From contig PKDC01000031.1 in the NCBI GenBank assembly GCA_002862435.1, positions 948 through 64,947 on the forward strand: 64,000 nucleotides of DNA. The letters are read 5' to 3'. Shown piece by piece: positions 58,690 through 64,000 of this stretch; position 1 is the stretch's first letter, and each line of letters opens with the position of its first letter. This stretch comes from Pseudomonadota bacterium. GTDB lineage: Bacteria; Pseudomonadota; Gammaproteobacteria; UBA5335. The position numbers and the translations under genes are program-made. The notes under the pieces were generated by a model. The model did no database searches and was not told the DNA's origin. It saw only the letters and a list, made by a program, of their open reading frames with translations.

Positions 58690-60192
58690 CTAATCATGGG
58701 CAGCCCCATCGGCGCTACCCCGCACCATGGCCACCGCCCGGAACAGGGCGCGGCGCTTGTTGAGGGTTTCCTCCCATTCGGCGGCCGGATTGGAATCGGC
58801 AACGATGCCGCCACCCGCCTGCAGGTGGAGCTGACCATTCTTGATAACGGCGGTGCGGATGGCGATGGCGGTGTCCATGTTGCCGTTCCAGCCGATGTAG
58901 CCCACCGCGCCGCCATAGATGCCGCGCTTGACCGGCTCCAGCTCGTCGATGATTTCCATCGCCCGCACCTTGGGGGCGCCGCTCAGGGTGCCGGCGGGAA
59001 ACGTGGCGCGCAGGGCGTCCAGGGGGCCCAAGCCCGGCGACAACTGGCCTTGCACATTGGAGACGATGTGCATGACCTGCGAATAGCGCTCGATCACCAT
59101 CTGCTCGGTTACCACCACGCTGCCGACCTCGCACACCCGGCCCACATCGTTGCGCCCCAGATCGATCAGCATCAGGTGCTCGGCACGTTCCTTGGGATCG
59201 GCCAGCAATTCGGCTTCCAGCGCCAGATCCTCGGCCAGATCCCGCCCGCGTGGCCGGGTCCCCGCGATGGGGCGCACAGTGAGAATACCGTCCTCCAGGC
59301 GCGCCAGGACCTCGGGGGAAGCGCCCACCACCTGGAAATCGCCCAGATCCAGATGGAACAAATACGGCGAGGGATTCAGGCAACGCAGTGCGCGATACAG
59401 ATCAAGGGCATTCTCTTGATAGGCCACCGACATGCGCTGCGAAGGCACCACCTGCATCACATCGCCTTCGAGGATGTAGGACTGGATGCGCCGCACCGCC
59501 GCTTCGTAACCCTCGCGGCTGAAGCTGGCCCGGAAGACGTCATGACCGCTGGCCGTGGTGGCAAGGGGCGTGAGCCGGCGGGTCGGCGGCAAGGGATCGG
59601 CCAACCGGGCGACCAGTTCGTCCAGCCGGGCCTCGCCACGGGCCAGATCCTGTGTGTCGTTGGGATCGGCCAGCACGATCACCGTCAGCTCGCCGCTCAG
59701 GTTATCGAAGGCCAGCACTTCCTCGGACACCATCAGCAGGATATCCGGCGTGCCCAGTGGATCGGGTTTCGCGAGACGCTGCCCCAGCCGCGGCTCGATG
59801 TAGCGCACCGATTCATAGCCGAAATAACCCACCAGGCCGCCGGTGAATCGGGGCAAACCGGGCAACGGCGCCACCCGGAAACGCCGCTGGAAATCCTCGA
59901 TCCAGGCCAGGGGATCGGCGCAGTCGGGATGCGACTCCACCACCTGGCCATCGATTTCCCGTTGCAGGTGATTGCCGCGCACCCGAATCACACTGCGGGC
60001 GGGCAGGCCAATGAAGGAATAACGCCCCCAGCGCTCGCCGCCCTGCACCGATTCCAGCAGGTAGCTGTACGGCCCGCGGGCCAGCTTGAGGTAGATCGAC
60101 AAGGGGGTGTCGAGGTCGGCGAGGACGCGGCGCACGAGCGGTACGCGGTCATAGCCTGGTGCGGCCTGTTGGGAAAAATCGGCGGTGATCAT
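58690..60192 (-). CDS. trpE: Anthranilate synthase component I
   Basis: [48 protein letters not shown] and [15 protein letters not shown] motifs. Confidence 0.96.
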   Translation of the reverse strand: MITADFSQQAAPGYDRVPLVRRVLADLDTPLSIYLKLARGPYSYLLESVQGGERWGRYSFIGLPARSVIRVRGNHLQREIDGQVVESHPDCADPLAWIEDFQRRFRVAPLPGLPRFTGGLVGYFGYESVRYIEPRLGQRLAKPDPLGTPDILLMVSEEVLAFDNLSGELTVIVLADPNDTQDLARGEARLDELVARLADPLPPTRRLTPLATTASGHDVFRASFSREGYEAAVRRIQSYILEGDVMQVVPSQRMSVAYQENALDLYRALRCLNPSPYLFHLDLGDFQVVGASPEVLARLEDGILTVRPIAGTRPRGRDLAEDLALEAELLADPKERAEHLMLIDLGRNDVGRVCEVGSVVVTEQMVIERYSQVMHIVSNVQGQLSPGLGPLDALRATFPAGTLSGAPKVRAMEIIDELEPVKRGIYGGAVGYIGWNGNMDTAIAIRTAVIKNGQLHLQAGGGIVADSNPAAEWEETLNKRRALFRAVAMVRGSADGAAHD

Positions 60193-60254
60193 GCAAACCC
60201 CGGCATGGGATGGGAACACAAGGAACGCGACGCGGGTCGGTCCCGCGACGGTCG

Positions 60255-60329
60255 TCAGGCCAAGCAGCATGCCCCGCGCCATCGGCCGCGGGTGGCATTA
60301 TACGGTTCCTGCAATGTGTTCCCCATCAT
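60255..60329 (-). CDS. Putative trpE leader peptide [24 protein letters not shown]
   Basis: Hand-translated 24-codon uORF whose ATG overlaps the gph stop. It contains R-W-R and is followed by a CGCGGG/CCCGCG hairpin. Confidence 0.45.
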   Translation of the reverse strand: MMGNTLQEPYNATRGRWRGACCLA

Positions 60330-61006
60330 CTGCTCAGCCGGTTCAGGCAGTCCATCAGATCACCCATGCGGTCAATCACCGCAGCAGCCCCGACCTGTCG
60401 CAGGTCGAGGCCATGGTTATATCCATAACTCACGGCGATGACAAGACAGCCGGCCGCCTGCCCGGCGCGGATGTCATTCAGCGAGTCTCCCACCATCGCG
60501 GTGGCCGTTGCCGTGACCTCCAGCGCGGCCATGGCGTGAACCAGGGGGGCGGGATCGGGCTTGCGTTGCGGCAGACTGTCCCCACCGACGCAGACCTCGA
60601 AACAATCCAGCACGCCCAACTGCTTCAACAGTGGCGCCACGAAACGCGCTGGCTTGTTGGTCACCACCCCGAGCCGATAGCCTTTTCCATGGAGCCCGCG
60701 CAGGGTCTCGGCAACGCCCGGATACAGTTGGCTGCGCAAACACAACTGGGCTTCATAGGCGGCCATGAACGGTCCCCAGGCCTGGTCCACCTGGGCGGAA
60801 TCCTCATGGCCCACCATGCTGCGACCCAAGGCGCGTGCCAACAGCAGTCGCGCGCCATCACCCACATAACCCCGGACCTCCTCCTCGCTCAGCGGGGCAC
60901 GCCCCAACCCGGCCAAGGCCTGATTCACGGCAGCGCATAGATCAGGGACGCTGTCGACGAGCGTGCCATCCAGATCGAACAGCACCGCCCGTCGCATGGC
61001 ATTCAC
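60326..61006 (-). CDS. gph: Phosphoglycolate phosphatase
   Basis: HAD motifs [20 protein letters not shown] and VGDS..D; rpe-gph-trpE synteny; GTG start overlaps the rpe stop (ATG 60997 is an alternative). Confidence 0.93.
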   Translation of the reverse strand: MNAMRRAVLFDLDGTLVDSVPDLCAAVNQALAGLGRAPLSEEEVRGYVGDGARLLLARALGRSMVGHEDSAQVDQAWGPFMAAYEAQLCLRSQLYPGVAETLRGLHGKGYRLGVVTNKPARFVAPLLKQLGVLDCFEVCVGGDSLPQRKPDPAPLVHAMAALEVTATATAMVGDSLNDIRAGQAAGCLVIAVSYGYNHGLDLRQVGAAAVIDRMGDLMDCLNRLSR

Positions 61007-61689
61007 CGAGTCAAGGCCTCGGCCAGTCGCTCGCGCATGGCCTGGATGACGGCGTGGTAGTCCGGTGCGCCAAAGATGGCCGAGCCGGCGACGAAGGTAT
61101 CGGCGCCCGCCCGGGCCACCTCGGCGATGTTGTCCACCTTGATGCCGCCGTCCACTTCCAGGCGGATGGGCCGGCCGCTGTCCTCGATGCGCTGGCGCAC
61201 CGCGGCAATCTTCTCCAGCGCGCCCTTGATGAAACGCTGCCCGCCAAACCCCGGATTCACCGACATGATCAGCACCAGATCCAGCTTGTCCAGCACGTGA
61301 TCCAGATGATGCAGCGGCGTGGCGGGATTGAAGACCAGGCCCGCCTGGCAGCCGTTGTCGTGGATCAACTGCAAGCTGCGATCCACATGCTCGCTGGCTT
61401 CGGGATGAAAGCTGATCAAGCTCGCGCCCGCTTCGGCGAAATCGCCAATCAGCCGATCCACCGGCTTCACCATCAGGTGCACATCGATAGGCGCCGTGAC
61501 GCCATGCTGACGCAAGGCTTCGCACACCAAGGGGCCAATGGTGAGGTTGGGAACGTAATGGTTGTCCATCACATCGAAATGGACCCAATCCGCTCCGGCC
61601 GCCAGCACGGCATCGACTTCCGCACCCAGGCAGGCGAAATTGGCGGAGAGTATGGAGGGGGCGATGATGAATTCGCGCGACAAGGGCAT
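61003..61689 (-). CDS. rpe: Ribulose-phosphate 3-epimerase
   Basis: [34 protein letters not shown] and EVDGG motifs. Confidence 0.97.
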   Translation of the reverse strand: MPLSREFIIAPSILSANFACLGAEVDAVLAAGADWVHFDVMDNHYVPNLTIGPLVCEALRQHGVTAPIDVHLMVKPVDRLIGDFAEAGASLISFHPEASEHVDRSLQLIHDNGCQAGLVFNPATPLHHLDHVLDKLDLVLIMSVNPGFGGQRFIKGALEKIAAVRQRIEDSGRPIRLEVDGGIKVDNIAEVARAGADTFVAGSAIFGAPDYHAVIQAMRERLAEALTR

Positions 61690-61741
61690 GCTCCGTTGTG
61701 GATCGGGTCAGGGGACGCAGCTTCAGATAATGCCTGATCAC

Positions 61742-62134
61742 TCAGCCTTTCTTCAGCAGATCCCGAATTTCAGTCAGCAATTGTTCCTGCGGCGTCGGAC
61801 CGGTGGCCTTGGGCGCCAGACCCAGGCGCTCATTCAGTCGACCCAGCGGCAGCACAACCGCGTAATAAACCACGGCGGCGGTAATCAGAAACGTCACCAG
61901 CGCCGTCACAAAATTACCGTAACTCAAGGCAATTTCGCTGCTCTTGTCCGGGGATGCAACCAACACGATCTTGCCGCCAAATTCGACGCCGCCCGTTGCC
62001 AACCGAATCAACGGATTGACAAAGGATTCAGTGAACTTCGAGACCAGATTGCCGAAGGCGGCGCCGATGACGACGCCGACGGAAAGATCCACCACGTTGC
62101 CGCGCAGAATGAATTGCCGGAAATTCCCCGCCAT
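61742..62134 (-). CDS. mscL: Large-conductance mechanosensitive channel
   Basis: FRQFILRGNVVDLSVGVVIGAAFG and LLTEIRDLLK motifs. Confidence 0.95.
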   Translation of the reverse strand: MAGNFRQFILRGNVVDLSVGVVIGAAFGNLVSKFTESFVNPLIRLATGGVEFGGKIVLVASPDKSSEIALSYGNFVTALVTFLITAAVVYYAVVLPLGRLNERLGLAPKATGPTPQEQLLTEIRDLLKKG

Positions 62135-62233
62135 ATCGTTTTCCCCTTATAGCTGATCGGTTTGCCTGGAAGTTGGTTCAACTGATTGCATGGCCACCGG
62201 GAGCAGGACCGTCCATGGTCCTGGCGCATCGAC

Positions 62234-62554
62234 TTACTTCATGCCGCCGAAGTAAGTCGCCAGATCAGCCATATCCTGATCGGAGAGCTTGTCGGCATTG
62301 GGCTTCATGACGCCAGCCATCGGTGTCTTGCGCTCGCCGGACTTGAATGCCTTGAGCTGGGCCTGGATATAGGCGGCGTCCTTACCCACCAGCGGCGGGA
62401 AGGTGCCCATGCCCTTGAAATCCTGGCCATGACAGCTGAAGCATACATACTGCTGTGCCAGCTTCTTGCCGTTTTCCGCATTGCCGGCTGCCATGACGTT
62501 TCCCGCCGCGGCCAGGCCCAGCAGGCCGATGGTCAGTTTGCTCCACATCTGCAT
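62234..62554 (-). CDS. Monoheme cytochrome c, c553/c4-like
   Basis: Signal peptide, CFSCHG, FPPLVG, YIQAQLKAFKSGER, axial Met region and LSDQDMADLATY. Confidence 0.9.
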   Translation of the reverse strand: MQMWSKLTIGLLGLAAAGNVMAAGNAENGKKLAQQYVCFSCHGQDFKGMGTFPPLVGKDAAYIQAQLKAFKSGERKTPMAGVMKPNADKLSDQDMADLATYFGGMK

Positions 62555-62743
62555 TGTGCATTTTCCTGTGTATTTGAGGTGATTGCACCGACTCCGCTCC
62601 GCGCCCAGACTGGCGGGTAGGGGCATCGATGTGCGGCGCTCATGATTGCGCGGCGAGATGAGAAAGACAACGCCCAGGCAATAGGCGCCCGTGGCATCAG
62701 CGGCTATGATGGGCGCCTGATTTCTTGCTTGGTGACGGCTGCC

Positions 62744-63643
62744 ATGCTCCATCCCCCTGAAACCCTTTATGAGAGCCGGCTGGACAGCCTGCCCTTGATC
62801 TACCGCGGCAAGGTGCGTGATGTCTATGCCATCGACACCGACCTGCTGCTGATAGTGACCACCGATCGGCTGTCTGCCTTCGATGTGATCCTGCCGGATC
62901 CCATTCCAGGCAAGGGCCAGGTGCTCACCACTGTCTCGAATTTCTGGTTTGAGCGCATGGCCGACCTGATTCCCAACCACTTGGTCGATCGGCCGCTGGC
63001 AGAGTTCCTCACCGATCCAGCCGAGCGGTCCCAGGTCATGGGACGCGCCATCGTTGCGCGCCGACTGCGTGCACAGCCAGTGGAAGCCATTGCTCGCGGC
63101 TATCTGATTGGCTCGGGCTGGAAGGATTACCAGCGCACGGGCGCAATCTGCGGCTTGCCCCTCCCCGCCGGCCTGGCGCAGGCAGCCGAGCTGCCCGAAC
63201 CCTTGTTCACGCCGTCCACCAAGGCACAGGTGGGCATCCACGATGAAAACATCACCTATGCCGAGGCAGAACAGATTCTCGGTGGCGAACTGGCCGCGCA
63301 GATCCGGGAGGTGACCCTCGCGATCTACCGGCGCGCGGCGGCCTTTGCCAAAACCCGCGGCATCCTCATCGCCGACACCAAGTTTGAGTTCGGCTTGGAC
63401 GAGGCCGGCCGACTGGTCTTGATTGACGAGTTGCTCACCCCTGATTCCTCCCGCTTCTGGCCGGCGGACCAATACCGCCCCGGCATCAGCCCGCCCAGCT
63501 TCGATAAGCAGTTTGTACGCGACTACCTTGAAACGCTGGACTGGGACAAGACCGCCCCCGGCCCGAGGCTGCCCGAAACCGTCATCCGACAAACCGCGGA
63601 AAAATATCGCGAGGCGCAAAAGCGCCTGATGGGATCCCTATAA
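62744..63643 (+). CDS. purC: SAICAR synthetase
   Basis: [40 protein letters not shown] and DKQFVRDYL motifs. Confidence 0.96.
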   Translation: MLHPPETLYESRLDSLPLIYRGKVRDVYAIDTDLLLIVTTDRLSAFDVILPDPIPGKGQVLTTVSNFWFERMADLIPNHLVDRPLAEFLTDPAERSQVMGRAIVARRLRAQPVEAIARGYLIGSGWKDYQRTGAICGLPLPAGLAQAAELPEPLFTPSTKAQVGIHDENITYAEAEQILGGELAAQIREVTLAIYRRAAAFAKTRGILIADTKFEFGLDEAGRLVLIDELLTPDSSRFWPADQYRPGISPPSFDKQFVRDYLETLDWDKTAPGPRLPETVIRQTAEKYREAQKRLMGSL

Positions 63644-63668
63644 TCAGCTCACCTACGGAGAGATCGAG

Positions 63669-64000
63669 ATGAAACTCTATTACAGCCCTGGCGCCTGTTC
63701 CCTGGCCCCCCATATTGCGCTGCGGGAAGCCGGTCTGCCGTTCACGCTGGAAAAGGTCGACCTCAGAGCCAAGAAAACCGAGCACGGGGCGGACTTTGCC
63801 GCCATCAACCCGAAAGGCTACGTTCCCGCCCTGGAACTGGACGATGGCAGCCTGTTGACGGAAGCGGGCGTCATGCTCCAATACATCGCCGACCAAGCGC
63901 CCGCATCCGGATTGGCGCCCGCGTTTGGGACGATGGCACGCTATCACCTGATGGAAACGATCCACTTCATCGCCACCGAATTGCATAAGTCTGCGGGCGC
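63669..64000 (+). CDS. gstA: Glutathione S-transferase, beta class (runs off the window end)
   Basis: Hand translation gives MKLYYSPGACSLAPHIALREAGLPF...INPKGYVPAL; SD GGAG upstream; absent from the ORF track because it is truncated. Confidence 0.9.
   Translation, partial: MKLYYSPGACSLAPHIALREAGLPFTLEKVDLRAKKTEHGADFAAINPKGYVPALELDDGSLLTEAGVMLQYIADQAPASGLAPAFGTMARYHLMETIHFIATELHKSAG

Noticed and set aside
60326-61741. 471-aa ORF suggesting a gph fusion, and similar N-terminal extensions of manC, ybeY, parA and the cytochrome c
   Set aside because: The extensions are alternative frames overlapping neighbouring genes; more plausible starts lie downstream, several with an SD or stop-start overlap.

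Overview
High-GC bacterial chromosomal window, most likely gammaproteobacterial judging from gene order (miaB-phoH-ybeY-corC-lnt, uvrA-MFS-ssb, rpe-gph-trpE). It is mostly housekeeping: a 5'-truncated metH, leuA, manBC, maf, rluC, radA, class I fumarase, nrdAB, mscL, purC and a 3'-truncated GST. It also has an MdtABC-OMF efflux operon, an FTR1/cytochrome c permease with a Fur-like box, a PP2C-FHA pair and a czcI-C-B-PII-A-P1B-ATPase heavy-metal block. I saw no tRNA, rRNA, CRISPR array, integrase or transposase. The best candidate for an undescribed system is a polyphosphate-associated module: atypical pyruvate kinase, CHAD, orphan ParA, SixA and an acidic protein. Other notable signals: (1) a CzcI leader followed by mutually exclusive RNA stems before czcC; (2) a PII gene with two compensating frameshifts; (3) NrdR boxes plus a compact cobalamin riboswitch on nrdAB; (4) unannotated leader peptides before leuA and trpE; (5) a stand-alone HEPN-like ORF; (6) a degenerate attC-like element. 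All family calls come from motif recognition by eye; no database searches were run.
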